Source: Mobula hypostoma | Lineage: Eukaryota | DNA length: 64,000 nucleotides | NCBI RefSeq assembly: GCF_963921235.1 | Contig: NC_086107.1 | Span: 107,386,001 to 107,450,000 of the forward strand | Direction: 5' to 3' | Part shown: positions 1 through 11,559 of the stretch, piece after piece | How positions within the stretch are numbered: the stretch's first letter is position 1 | How the letters are laid out: each line of letters opens with the position of its first letter | Translations under genes and position numbers: made by a program | Notes under the pieces: generated by a model | Database searches by the model: none | The model's input: the letters and a program-made list of their open reading frames with translations, nothing else | What the model was told of the DNA's origin: nothing

Positions 1-74
1 AAACATTGGAGCAGAATTGAGGCCGTTTGGCCCATCGAAGTTGCTCTCCCATACATAATAATAACTAATGGGAA

Positions 75-255
75 CAGACGTCAGCGTAGTGGTTAACGGG
101 ATGCTATTACAGCGCCAGCGACCCGGGTTCAATTCTGATACTGTCTGTCACCATGACACCACAGAGTTCCTCTGGCTTCTCTGGTTTCCTCCCACAGTCC
201 AAAGGCGTATGAGTTCATAGGTTAATTGGTCACATGGGTATAAGTAGAAGGGACT
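75..255 (+). mobile_element. tRNA-derived V-SINE (HE1-like); representative of >10 copies (others near 8860-9130+, 19575-19825-, 21680-21975-, 26378-26650+, 30060-31140+ split, 33420-33575-, 44270-44440-, 59570-59810+, 63700-63860-)
   Basis: A-box-like gcgtagtggtta, B-box ggttcaattc, V-domain motif ggtttcctcccacagtccaaag followed by ggttaattgg; recurs throughout the window. Confidence 0.8.
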
Positions 256-1000
256 GGCTCAAGAACTAAAAACTTTTTTTATCATTGAGTGCATTGCAAT
301 ACTTCCACCCTTAAACTCAGCAGTGTCAGATACTGCAGGATTTTGCCCTTTACGTAACTTTCCTGGTAGCTTGCTTATGTGATCTGCGCTCAATACTTCT
401 CCAGTCAATGCACAAGGGAAATTTAAGACCAATGTGTTAAGGTGAAGTGAGACTGAAGAAAGGAGATAACTGGACTGGAGCCATTTTGAAGCCACACCAT
501 CTGTTCAAATGTTATACTTCTATATAAATTTTCATGTTCGTACACATATTGAAAACTGCCTGTGCTAATCTGTGTCACTGTAATTATATTAAGAGTAGGA
601 GAGATGCAATGCCTCCACTGGCAATAAGGTGTAGTTACAGAGTGAACAATATATGTTTGATATTTTCATGTTATATTTCCTTACGACAGAAAAGAGGCCA
701 TTCAGCCCATCGAGTCTACGACAGCTCTCAGCAAAATTCGCTCAGTCTTATTTATTTCCTTGCAATCTATTCCTTTTCACATGCTGATCAAATCCTCTGA
801 TTTTCCTGCCACTAACCCACACTAGAGATAATTTAAACAAACAAATCAACCTCACAAACAACAGGTCTTTGGATAATGTCTCTGGAGCAACATTCATTTC
901 AAGAAGACTAGAATATAAATGTGAGGATATAATGCTGAAGTTTTACCAGGCACTGGTCAGACTACAACTGGAGTATTGTGAGCAGTTCTGGACCACTTAT

Positions 1001-1865
1001 AAGACCATAAAATATAGGAGCAGAATCAGGCCCTTTGACCCATCATCTGCTCTGCCATTTCATCACGGCTGATCCATTTTCCCTCTCAGCCCCCATCTCC
1101 TGCCTTCTCCGTGCCCTGACCAATCAAAAATCTATCAACCTCTGCTTCAAATATACATAAAGACTCGGCCTCCACAGCTGCCCGCAAAGAATTCCACAGA
1201 TTCACCACCCTCTGGCTAAAGAAATTCCTCTTCATCTCCGTTCTAAAAGGACACCCTTCTATTCTGAGGCTGTGTCCTCTGGTCTCACCACAGGAAACAT
1301 CCTTTCCATATCCACCCCATCAATTCCGTTCATGATTTGATAGGTTTCAATGAGGTCACCCCTCATTCCTCTGAATTTCAGTGAATACAGACCCAGAGCC
1401 ATCAAACGCTCCTCATATGACAAGCCATTCAATCCTGGAATCATTTTCATGAACCTCCTTTGAACCCTCTCCAGTTTCAGCATATCCTTTCCAAGATAAG
1501 GGGCCCAAAACTGCTCACAATACTCCAAACAGACATCCCACCCTGCAAAAACTCATTTCAGGGAGGTAGCTCCATCAATTCGCGGGAGACTCCCGGAACT
1601 TCCGGGAGAGGTGGGATGTCTGCAATAGAGTAGCTCCTTAGCAGCCAGCCAGCTAGTTTAAATAACGTTAGCTATGCTAATGAACGAATGACACCTGTTA
1701 AACTCACCTCAACATGTCTTTTACAGTCTTAACCCACCATGGGCAATAGAAGAGTCACTGTTGCAAAATTATTTTTGAATCCTATTAGGCAGGGGTACAC
1801 TTTAGTGTAGTCTGGGGTGACGTACGTTTTATATTTTCTTTTTATTTGGAACACTCTGCCATGGT

Positions 1866-1904
<39 letters not shown>

Positions 1905-2214
1905 AAAAAAAATCGATTTCCAGGATATTGTATATAACTTGCGGGCATCAGGGAGCCACTATCAATATGCGGGAGACTCCCAGAACTTCCGGGAGAGGTG
2001 ACAAGTGACACCTGAACAGAGCTTTATAACATTACGTCCTTGCTTTTATATTCTAGTCCTCTTGAAATGAATGCTAACATTGCATTTGCCTTCCTCACCA
2101 CAGACTCAACCTGCAAATTAACCTTGAGGGAACCCTGTTTAAGGACTCCCAAGTCCCCTTGCACCTCAGTTTTTTGTATTTTCTCTCCATTTAGAAAATA
2201 GCCAACCCTTTCAT
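1001..2214 (-). mobile_element. CR1-type LINE 3' fragment
   Basis: ORF 1259..1528: EYCEQFWAPYLGKDMLKLERVQRRFMKMIPGL..LYSLKFRGMRGDLIETY (CR1 ORF2 C-terminus); tail at ~1001. Confidence 0.85.
1530..2000. mobile_element. Non-autonomous DNA transposon (MITE-like, possibly hAT) inserted in CR1
   Basis: CAGACATCCCACC (1530-1542) is inverted at 1610-1622; the subterminal block gcgggagactccc.gaacttccgggagaggtg is repeated at ~1969-2000; interrupts the CR1 sequence. Confidence 0.6.
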
Positions 2215-3081
2215 TATCTAAGAAAGAATGTGGGGGTCATTAGAGGGGGTCCAGAGGAGGTTCACAAGAATGATCCTGGGAATGAAAGTGTTATCGTATC
2301 AAGGGCATTCGATGGCTCTGGGCCTGTACACACTCGAGTTCAGAAGAATGACGGGAGATCTCATTGAAACCTATTGATTATTGAAAGGCCTAGATAGAGT
2401 GGATGTGGAAAGGATGTTTCATCTAGTAGGGAGTCTAAGACCAGAGGGCACAGCCTCAGAATAGAAGGACGTCCCTTTAGAAAAGAGATGAGGAGGAATT
2501 TCTTTTAGCCAGAGGGTGGTGAATCAATGGACTTTATTTCCATGTATGGCTGTGGAGGCCAAGTATATTTAAAGCAGATTGGTTCTTGATAGGTATGGTT
2601 TTGAAAAGTAATCCTTTAGTTAAGGGTTACGGGAAGAAGGCAGGGAAATGGGGTTGAGAGAGATAATAGTTTAGCCATGACTGAATGGCAGAGTAGACCC
2701 AAATGGCCTAATTCTGCTCCTACGTGTTAAGGTCTCAGGGACTATACAGTGACAGGGAGGAAATGCAAAGTGGAGAGCACTGAAGCCTAGATAAAATCAA
2801 AGGTGCTGGAGTTGTACAGCAACAACAGTAATTATCATGTCACTATGCTCACACCTCCATTTTAATCTGGAGGCGGAAATAGATAAAATTTTAAAAGTGC
2901 CAGGAAGTGAATCGAGTATAGCTTGACATATTATTTTGTCAGTTATAGAATGAGAGACTGGTGGCAGTAGAGAAAGTCTGGCTAACTATATGGATGATGG
3001 GCGTTACCGTAGATCACTATATTACACACGTCTTAAGGCCTTTTAGTTTCTGAAATTTGCCAAACCATTTGTTGCCTTGTA

Positions 3082-3970
3082 TACGCTCAGTGGCCACTTT
3101 ATTTGGCACAACAGCGCCTCTTTCACCTCAGACGGTTGGAGAAGTTTGGTGTGGGCCCCCAGATCCTAAGAACTTTCTACAGGGGCACAATTGAGAGCAT
3201 CCTGACTGGCTGCATCACTGCCTGGCATGGGAACTGTACCTCCCTCAATCGCAGGAACCTGCAGAGAGTGGTGTGGACAGCCCAGCGCATCTGTAGTTGT
3301 GAACTTCCCACTATTCAGGACATTTACAAAGACAGGTATGTAAAAAGGGCCTGAAGGATCATTGGGGACCCGAGTCACCCCAACCTCAAACTGTTCCAGC
3401 TGCTACCATCCAGGAAACGGCACTGCAGCATAAAAGCCAGGACCAACAGGCTCCGGGACAGCTTCCACCAGGCCATCAGACTGATTAATTCATGCTGATA
3501 CAATTGTATTTCTATGTCATATTGACTATCCTGTTGTACATAATATTTATTGTAAATTACTATAAATTGCACATTGCACGCTTAGATGGAGACGTAATGT
3601 AAAGATTTTCACTCCGGATGTATATGAAGGAGGTAAGTAATAAAGTCAATTCAATTCAATTCAATTCAATAAACCTGCTTGTTAATACAGATATCAGCCA
3701 ATCACGAGGCAGCAACTCAATGCATAAAAGCATGCAGACATGGTCAAGAGGTTCAGTTGTTGTTCAGATCAATCATCAGAGAAAGGAAGGAATGTGACCT
3801 AAGTGACGTTGACTGTGGAATTATTGTTGGTGCCAGATGGGGTGGCTTGAGTATCTCAGGATCTTCTGGGGTTTTACACACAACAGTGCCTTGCGTTTAC
3901 AAAGAATGGTGCCAAAATCAAAGAAAACAACCAGTGAGTGGCAGTTTTGTGAGTGGAAATTCCTTGTTAA
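3082..3970 (+). mobile_element. Tc1-like transposon derivative (left TIR plus transposase N-terminus), split by a Rex1 fragment
   Basis: TIR ta|cgctcagtggccactttatt; translation CDLSDVDCGIIVGARWGGLSIS..TTV..VYKEWC resembles the Tc1 paired-like HTH. Confidence 0.8.
3104..3670 (+). mobile_element. Rex1/Babar-type LINE 3' fragment
   Basis: AQQRLFHLRRL..FYRGTIESILTGCITAWHGN..LQRVV, in-frame stop, then IIGDPSHP..LLPS; (tcaat)n tail. Confidence 0.85.
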
Positions 3971-4189
3971 CAAAACTACAATGCTTCACTGGCATCAAAC
4001 CCTGCAGTTGAGCTACAGTACAATCGTCCCTTTCCATCACTGCCCGTGAGAGTGATGTGAATGGAGAGCTAGACTGGGTTGAAACAAGACCAAGGGCAGC
4101 AACAATCTTTCATTGCTGCCCCTCAAGATTCTGAGAGGAACTTACAAGATAAACACTTTCTTCCTACAGGGCAGATTCTGTAGTCACAG

Positions 4190-4765
4190 ATCAGAATCAG
4201 GTTTAATATCACTGGCATATGTTATGAAATATGTTCTCTTTGTGGAAGCAGTGAAATAGAGAAAATAATAGAGAAAAATAGAGAAAATAGAGTAATAATA
4301 GAGAAAAAATTGTGCATTACAGTAAATATATATATATATATATATATAAAATAGTTAAATTAAGTAAGTAGTGCAAAAATAGAAATAAAAAGTAGTGAGG
4401 TAGTGTTCATGGGTTCAGTGTCCATTCAGAAATTCTTTGGCAGAGTGGGAGAAGCTGTTCCTGAATCACTGAGTGTGTGCCTTCAGGCTTCTGTACCTCC
4501 TCCTTGATGGTAGCAGTGAGAACAAGGCATGACCTGGGTGATGGGGGTCCTTAATGATGGACGCCACCTTTTTGAGGCATCGCTCCTTGAAGATGTCCTG
4601 GATACTACGGAGGCTGGTGCCCATGATGGAGCTGACTAAGTTTACAACTCTCTGCGGCTTATTTCGATCCTGTGCAGTAGCCCCCCCCCAACCCTCCCCC
4701 CATACCAGACAGAGATGCAGCCAGTTAGAATGATCTCCATGGAACATCTGTAAAGATTTGTGATT
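4190..4765 (-). mobile_element. Rex1/Babar-type LINE 3' fragment (similar fragments at ~18470-18770-, 27265-27560+, 37160-37880+, 51130-51570+, 53150-53340-, 61330-61720+)
   Basis: LKKVASIIKDPHHPGHALFSLLPSRRRYRSLKAHTQ; (ctgatt)n-type tail. Confidence 0.8.
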
Positions 4766-5576
4766 GGCCATTGCAGACCAGGAGAAAGAGATATTTCTTC
4801 TAAGAGAGAAACAAAAATCATTGGTATCCAGGCTAGAGGCTGTGATGGTGAACAGTGAGTGTATTTGTAACTGAGATAGATATATTTGTAGTCTTTTTAA
4901 GTAAATTAAGGCACATGGGACTTTGATAGGGAAATGGGCTCTCGTTGAGGGGTCGCACTGACCTTATTAAACAGCGGAGCAGACTCAGGGGGTTAAACGG
5001 CTACTCCTGTGTTGATTTATTTTGCTCGAGCTCTCACAGGAGGACAGAACAAGGGAAATATTATCTAGGTCTAATTAAGCAGCTGCTATACTGAACACAT
5101 TAGATGCAGAATCTGCCCTTTGTGAGAGCTATCCTCTCCAGTCTGGCAGTAACTTTGCAAAGATGCTTTTCTCCAGGGAGCGTCACCTGGTGAATACTGA
5201 TCCCGGAAAAGCCCACTGCAGTTCCTGATCTATTATTTCTCTGTCAGAAATGAATATGATGGAAATCTCCCATTTGATGCCAAGAATTGCTACTCAGAAT
5301 TTCTTTCAAAAATAATTCATACTGCCGAGTGACTTAGAAGGAGGCCGTTGGGCCCATCAAGCCTATGACAGCTCTCAGCGCAATTGACATCTTTCCAATT
5401 CCTCCAAGAGCAACCAAAATCTTTCCAATTCCTCCACTAATGCACCCTCATATGCTTGTCAAACCTCCCTTGATTCTCCCACCAGCCAAATTTCAAAGTA
5501 AATTTATTATCCAAGTATATATAAGTCAACATATACTACCCTGAGATTCATTTTCCTGCAGGCATTCACAGTAAAC

Positions 5577-5980
5577 CTCCAAAAAGACCACAACCTCGTC
5601 ATGGTTTGGAGACTTGCATGCCGCAATGACCCGGAGAGCGATGTTGGCTGGAGTCAGGGCTTTATGCTTTGGCTCTTGGTAGGGTCACCCGTGCCGAACA
5701 GGTCAAAGTGTAGAGGCCAGACTAGAAGTGGAACACTGGTCCTCCAGGTTTGGGGCTTTAGCTCAGGGCTAACAACCTTGACTGCTAAAACAAGACAGTT
5801 ACGGAAACAGCAATGAAGAATCCTTCTGCATCTGCGTGAGACGATATTCCTCAGATGCATTCGGGACCTGCATCTCTGACAGTAGTGAGAACCAAAAGGA
5901 AGCTACTAACTTGAGGAAGGAAGCCTAGAGATGGAGGACCTTCATTGCTGCCCAAAACACCAGTGATATAATGGGCAGGA
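5577..5980 (+). mobile_element. Bipartite RTE-derived non-autonomous element (RTE 5' end fused to RTE 3' end); copies at ~31385-31680-, 42275-42650-, 47968-48395+
   Basis: RTE-like 5' UTR (gaccacaacct..caatgacccggagagc..agggtcaccc..aacaggtc) joined to the 3' end ggaggaccttcattgctgccc; four related copies. Confidence 0.7.
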
Positions 5981-6604
5981 TGTAGCGTAATTAACGGTAA
6001 AACAAGTAAATACAATGGAATCAATTTTAAAAAACTGCTCACAAACAAAGACTGGCCAACAACTAGGGTGCAAAAGTCGCCAGGTACAAGGAACAGTGGA
6101 TAATTATTCTACCAATCAGCACATCTTTGCAATGTGGAAATAAACTGGAGCATCCCAGGAAACCCACATTGACACAGGAAGAACATGCAGACCGCACGCA
6201 ACAGAACCGAAGTTCAGGATTGAAGCAGCGTTGCCGGATCCTCGAGACAGCTGCATGATCTGAAACACCACCTGCTCCCCACTGGGATTTGCACATCAGT
6301 GGCCAGGCCAGTGTTCATTGCCCACCCCTTGATGACCTTGAGAAGGTGTGGGTGGAACCAAGTCGCAGCAGGAACGAGCTGCTGATTAGGTAGATCAGAT
6401 GTTGCTACAAGTCCACAGAGAACAGGATGGCAAAGTCACACACTCCATTGACATTCATCAACCAGGCTCACACGTGAAGACAAGATACCCACACAGTGAC
6501 CTGCTGAAGGTCAATTAGGCAGCAATAAAACAAATTGACATATCTTGTGATAACAACGTGGAACAAAATCACAGTCCTAATACTAAACACAAACCACTAG
6601 CCTG

Positions 6605-6742
6605 GAACACAAGAGGTTCTGCAGATGCTGGAAATCCAAAACAACACACACAAAATGCTGGAGGAACTCAGCAGATCGGGCAGCATCTATGGAAATGATC
6701 AGACAATCGACATTTCAGGCTGAGACCCTCTATCAGGACTGG
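6605..6742 (-). mobile_element. Short Penelope-derived element (degenerate hammerhead plus ~100-nt tail)
   Basis: Reverse complement ccagtcctgatagagggtctcagcctgaaatgtcgattg followed by the gatgctgc..ccagcatctgcag tail shared with Penelope 3' ends in this window. Confidence 0.8.
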
Positions 6743-6749
6743 ACCACTA

Positions 6750-7000
6750 CCCCTAAATGTTAAAAATGTAACTCTAAACTTCAGAATTAAACACTATTTA
6801 ATCATGCTAATCACTGACCACGAAACTAAAGATTATCTAGTTATCCTAAATTTTAATCCTAAACATTAATACTAATTTAACTACTAATTCTAATATTAAC
6901 CTTAATACTAAATCTCATCACTAACACTAAAATCTAAATCTAATAATAAACCCTAACAGTAACTCAAAAATGCTAACTAATAATCCTCAATAACAAAACA
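6750..7000. repeat. Degenerate (NNCTAA)n-like low-complexity tract; continues at ~7550-7740
   Basis: Dense ctaa/ttaa/taac motifs with rough 6-nt spacing and strong G depletion on the + strand. Confidence 0.5.
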
Positions 7001-7009
7001 ATTACTTGT

Positions 7010-7547
7010 TTGTTATGTGTCATGTTGTATGACGTGGGCAATCATGGTCTTTCCATGACCAATGATGGCTCTTGGCAATTTTTTCTGCCAAAGTGGTTTC
7101 CCATTGCATTCTTCTGGGCAGTGCCTTTACAAGATGGGTGACCCCTACCATTATCAACACTCTTCAGAGACTGTCTGCCTGGCATCAGTGGTCGCATAAC
7201 TAGGATGTGTGATATACACCAGCTACACATACGGCCACTCAGCAGGTCGGGCAGCATCCGTGGAAACAATCAGTCAACGTTTCGGGCCAGGACCCTTCGT
7301 CAGGACTGAAGAGGGAAGGGGCAGAGGCCCTATAAGGAAGGTTGGGGGGGGGTTGGGTGGGAAGGAGTGTTGCTTTGACCCCAGCATCTGCAGAGTATTT
7401 TGTGGGCACATACGGCCATCCGTATGGCTTCACGTGAACCTGAGCGGAGGGGGCTAAGCAGGTGCTACACCTCGCCCAAGGGTGACCCACAACAAGAAGG
7501 AGTTCCTTACACCTCCTTTGGTAGAGACGTATCTCCACCCTGCCACC
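7010..7547 (-). mobile_element. RTE-related SINE-like family 'A' (copies at 13622-14518 and 38090-38447); this copy carries a nested Penelope/hammerhead insert (~7238-7400)
   Basis: Three alignable copies with a shared 5' end (NNGTGGC.GG.TGGAGAT.CGT); RTE-type gaa.gcaatgg.aaaccac motif near the 3' end. Confidence 0.7.
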
Positions 7548-7830
7548 TTAACAAAACAACAGTCCTAACATTAAACCTTGGCACCAAATCTAATGATGAA
7601 TTCTAGCACTTGCCATGAAGCTAAAATCTTAATCTACTAATCATTAATTAACTTAAATACTAAGCCAGCCTTAATCATTTCCTAAACCTAAATGCAAACA
7701 TGAGACCTAAACCCCCATCCTAATCATCATCCCCCACATTATAGCCCAGTGGGTGAACATGCTGGGTAGCGTTGCAGTGATCTGTGAGATGTGGAAATGC
7801 CCTGGTAAGATCACTAGTTTTGTATTGGGT
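7217..7830 (+). repeat. ~613-bp direct duplication, copy 1 (copy 2 at 13793-14405)
   Basis: Near-identical sequence (about 10 differences by eye), including non-repeat flank. Confidence 0.95.
7271..7308 (-). ncRNA. Minimal type-I hammerhead ribozyme motif (Penelope type)
   Basis: CAGUC-CUGACGA-A-GGGU(CCUG)GCCC-GAAAC-GUU-GACUG: intact core, 5-bp stem I. Confidence 0.8.
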
Positions 7831-8157
7831 TAAGCAGACTTGGACAAGAGTGAAGGCAAAGACTCCTACCATTACTCTGTTTGCTATTATTCATTGCTAT
7901 CCAATGATATTGCCTACAGAGCACAAATCTAAGAAGGGTCCCAATAAAGGGTCTCAGACCAAAACGTCGACTGTAAATTTCTCTCCATAGAAGCTGCCTG
8001 ACCTCCTCAATTCCTCCAGAATTTTTTGTGTGTTACTCTGGATTTACAGCACCGGCAGAATCTCCTGGGTTTATTGAAGAATGAAATGTTTATGTCTTAA
8101 ATGACGCCCTGCATGATTCACCACTGTACTGCCCAAATGATAGGTTATTGCTCGATC

Positions 8158-8813
8158 AGAGAGGTAGTACTGATAGATACCCCACTGCTGGAGCGGCAGT
8201 ACTGATTGAACACCCCACTGTAGAAGGGGTAGGACTGATGGAATACCCCACTGTTGGAGGGGCAAGACTGACTGGGTATCCCACTGTTGGAGGGTAGTAC
8301 TGATGGAATACCCCACTGTTGGAAGGTAGCACTGATAAAATACCCCACTGTAGGAGGGGCAGGACTGATTGGCTACCCCACTGTTGGAGGGTAGTACTGA
8401 TAAAATACCCCACTGTTGGAGGGTAATACTGATGGAATACCCCATTGTTGGAGGGTAGTACTGATGGAATACCCCACTGTTGGAGAGTAATACTGATAAA
8501 ATACCCCACTGTTGGAGGGTAATACTGATGGAATACCCCACTGTTGGAGGGTAGTACTGATGGAATACCCCACTGTTGGAGGGTAATACTGATAAAATAC
8601 CCCACTGTTGGAGGGTAATACTGATTGAACACTCCACTGTTGGAGGGTAGTACTGATAAAATACCCCACTGTTGGAGGGTAATACTGATGGAATACCCCA
8701 CTGTTGGAGGGTAGTACTGATGGAACACCCCACTGTTGGAGGGTAGTACTGATTGGGTACCCCATTGTGGGAGGGGCAGGACCGATTGCGTACACCACTG
8801 TTGGAGAGGCAGT
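8158..8813. repeat. Minisatellite, 32-bp unit CCCCACTGTTGGAGGGTA(G/A)TACTGAT(GG/AA)AATA, ~20 units
   Basis: Unit starts at 8408 and 8440 give period 32; degenerate relatives at ~9310-9600. Confidence 0.95.
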
Positions 8814-9864
8814 CACATTCTCAGTATTAATTATTTCTTATGAAAAAGCCATGATGATGGCGGTTACCATGACGCCCATACAGCTCAGGGCATCGGATTT
8901 CAGAGTTCAATTCTGACATCACCTGCAAAGAGTCTGTACTGCCTCACCGTGGAATGTGTGGGTTTCCTCCACGTGCTCTGGTTTCCACCCACAGTCCAAA
9001 AAAGACGTCCCAATTTGGTAGGTTAATTGGTCTTTGTAACTTGCCCTGTGTTTAGGTTGAATTACGGACTGCTGGGTTGGCACGGCTCGATGGACTGGAA
9101 GGAGCTACTCTGTACTACATCTCTAAATAATTTTTTTATTAACTTGCACAATTGGTCTTATTTTGCACATTGATTGTCAGCCTTTGCGCATAGTTTTTCA
9201 TTGACCCGATCGTATTTTTTTTATTTTCCTCTAAATGCCTGCAAAAGGTAGTATTTGGTATCAGGTGTGTACATTGATAACAAATTGACTTTCACTTTGA
9301 CTTGACTTTGAATGCAGCATTAGTCTGGATGGAAGGAGCTCTCGCTGTTGGAGGGGCTGTGCTGATAAAACACAGCATTATGGAAGGGGCAATACTGATG
9401 CCACACAGCACTGGCGGAGAGGCAGCATCGATGGACGGTTAGTTCTAATAGAACCAAGCACTGTCTGAAGGCCAGTGCTAATGGAATAGCTTCAGGTGTA
9501 CTGAGAGGCAGTATTTAACGTTGGTGAGACACTACTACAGGAACACAGATCTGTCAGAGGGGCAGTGCTGAGGGAGCACTGCACTATCTGACAGACACCA
9601 AGGATTGATCGGAAGTCTGGAAGTCAAAGCTTGGAGACTGAAGGCCTGCCCTGGAGCTGGAGGACTGTCCATGTGTGTGGGTGGGTGGTGTGCTGTTGCT
9701 TTGGCACTTGTGTTTGGTCTTATTGTGCTCTGCGTTGTTCCGCTGAGCATTGTAGACATGTTACGTGGTCACTGGAAAGTATGGCGACACCTGCGGGCAG
9801 CCCCCCCCAGCCTATCCTTCGGAAAAGTTGGTTGCTAACACAAGTCAGGTGTTTCAGTGTATGT

Positions 9865-10390
9865 AAACACGAGGAAGTCTGCAGATGCTGGAAATCCAGT
9901 GCAACGCGCACACAAAATGCTGGGGGAGCTCAGCAGGTCGGGCAGCATCTATGGAAATAAATAAGTATCCGCCATTTCAGCCCGAGACCTTTCTACAGGA
10001 CTGAGAAGGAAGGGGGAAACGCCAGAATAAAAAGGTGGAGGGAGAGGGGAAAGAGGCCAGCTGAAGGGTGATAGGTGAAGCCGGGTGGGTGGGAGAGGTC
10101 AACAGCTGGAGAGGAAGGAATCTGATAGGAGAGGAGAGTGGGCCATAGGAGAAAGGGAAGGAGGAGAGGACCCAGGGGGAAGTAATAGGCAGGTGAGAAG
10201 AGGTAAAAGGTCAGAGTGGGGAATAGAGGGGAAGTGGGAGGGGAATTTTTTTTACAGGAAGGAGAAATCGATATTCACGCCATCGGATTGGAAGGGTCCC
10301 AGATGGAATATAAGGTGTTGCTCCTCCACCCTGAGGGTGGCCTCATTTTGGCACAGGCATAGGAATAGGAATTAAAACGCTTGACCACGG
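9865..10390 (-). mobile_element. Penelope-like element 3' fragment (related: 15630-16032+, 17910-18128+, 32060-32420+, 35440-35950+, 60065-60440+, 62435-63022+)
   Basis: GIY-YIG C-terminal coding remnant (gaggccaccctcagggtggaggagcaacaccttatattc), pyrimidine-rich UTR, hammerhead remnant and tail. Confidence 0.8.
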
Positions 10391-11067
10391 GGAAGCTGTA
10401 TGTTCTAATGTACATGGGAGAAATAAAGCTGAAAGGAGGGACAGGGCTGTGGGAGCACTGTGTCGTCAGCGGGCCGCTATTGGAGAGAGAGTCTCTGTGA
10501 GAAGCAGCCATCGAAAGTGACGGCAGGGACCCGTTTAAAATTGAGAATGTTGTGCTGATCAAAGGAGACAGAAATGCGAGCTCATTAGTTCTGGGAAAGG
10601 GGAATTAATTTGCCTTTTTGGCACTAGATATAATTCTTGGGACTGAGCGTTAGCTTTAAATCCTGGTGATAGCCATGAAGATGTTGTGCTCTTGAGAGGC
10701 ATTGCATCTCTGACAGAGGATAATACCACCACGTCCTTGGAACTGACATTAATTTACAAGGTGCACTTGAGCACCAGGACACATTGACAGAACCATACAT
10801 TCTACACTCCAGGGGATTCAAGTCAGATCTTTTCTACTTCCTCGTGAAACCCAATGACTGAAACTGCTCTGATTTGAGCTCAGGGGATGTGAAGTTATGA
10901 GAGCATGCAGGGTAAGGACAAACCCAGGAAACAGATGCAAGGCGGGAGGGCTGGATGTCGATTACATTTTTCTAATCTGTTGGTTTGGTGCAGAAAAGGG
11001 GGAAATGCTGTGTGTTCTATTAGATCAGCATGTGGATGGAGCGTTATGGAGGTCGGAAGGGTTAGAT

Positions 11068-11134
11068 CAGGGGTTCCCAAACTGGGGTCTGCGGTCCCCT
11101 CAGTTAGGGGTATAAAAAGGGATGGGAACCCCTG
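11068..11134. mobile_element. 67-bp hAT (Charlie-like) MITE
   Basis: 12-bp TIR CAGGGGTTCCCA/TGGGAACCCCTG; 8-bp TSD GGTTAGAT/GGTTAGGT. Confidence 0.8.
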
Positions 11135-11559
11135 GGTTAGGTTGATCTTAGAGTCAGTTAAACAGTCAGTACAACATCGTAGGCCAAAGGGCCTGTACTG
11201 TGCTGTAATGTCCAAGGTTCTATGTTCTATGTTCTAAAACAAGACTTGCATTTTATAGCGGCTATTTTGTTATATACAAAACACATTTTACACACAGCAA
11301 CCTCCCATAAAGGGAATTATGATCTTGAACAAGAAACCAGGTTGTGTGGTGTTGGCAGGAAAATAATCAGGCAAATGTGAAATCCCTTTGGTTTCCTTGG
11401 AAGGATGCTTCCAAAACACAGTGCAGAATTCCATCAGTACTGCGCCTCTCGCAATGTGGCTGCTCCAACTGTGCAGTGTCCTCTCGGAACTGCCCCTCCA
11501 ACAGTACAGAACTCCCTCAGTACTGCCTCTTGAGACTGTGGACCATCTACAGTGTCACC

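Larger units (their letters stand above)
885..2735 (+). mobile_element. CR1-type LINE 3' fragment, split (885-1000 and 2215-2735) by a nested CR1
   Basis: LEYK..MLKFYQALVRLQLEYCEQFW stops at ~1000 and resumes at ~2215 (tatctaagaaag...gtccagaggaggttcacaag); ends in the CR1 3' tail (ggcctaattctgctcct). Confidence 0.8.

Noticed and set aside
259..495. Host exon (78-aa ORF)
   Set aside because: No recognisable domain or supported splice structure
5585..5660. Ribozyme in the bipartite RTE 5' leader (caatga...gagagc)
   Set aside because: Could not fit a hammerhead, twister or HDV core
8071..8816. ORFs of 147-220 aa, or a CRISPR-like array
   Set aside because: Head-to-tail 32-bp tandem repeat with no unique spacers; eukaryotic context
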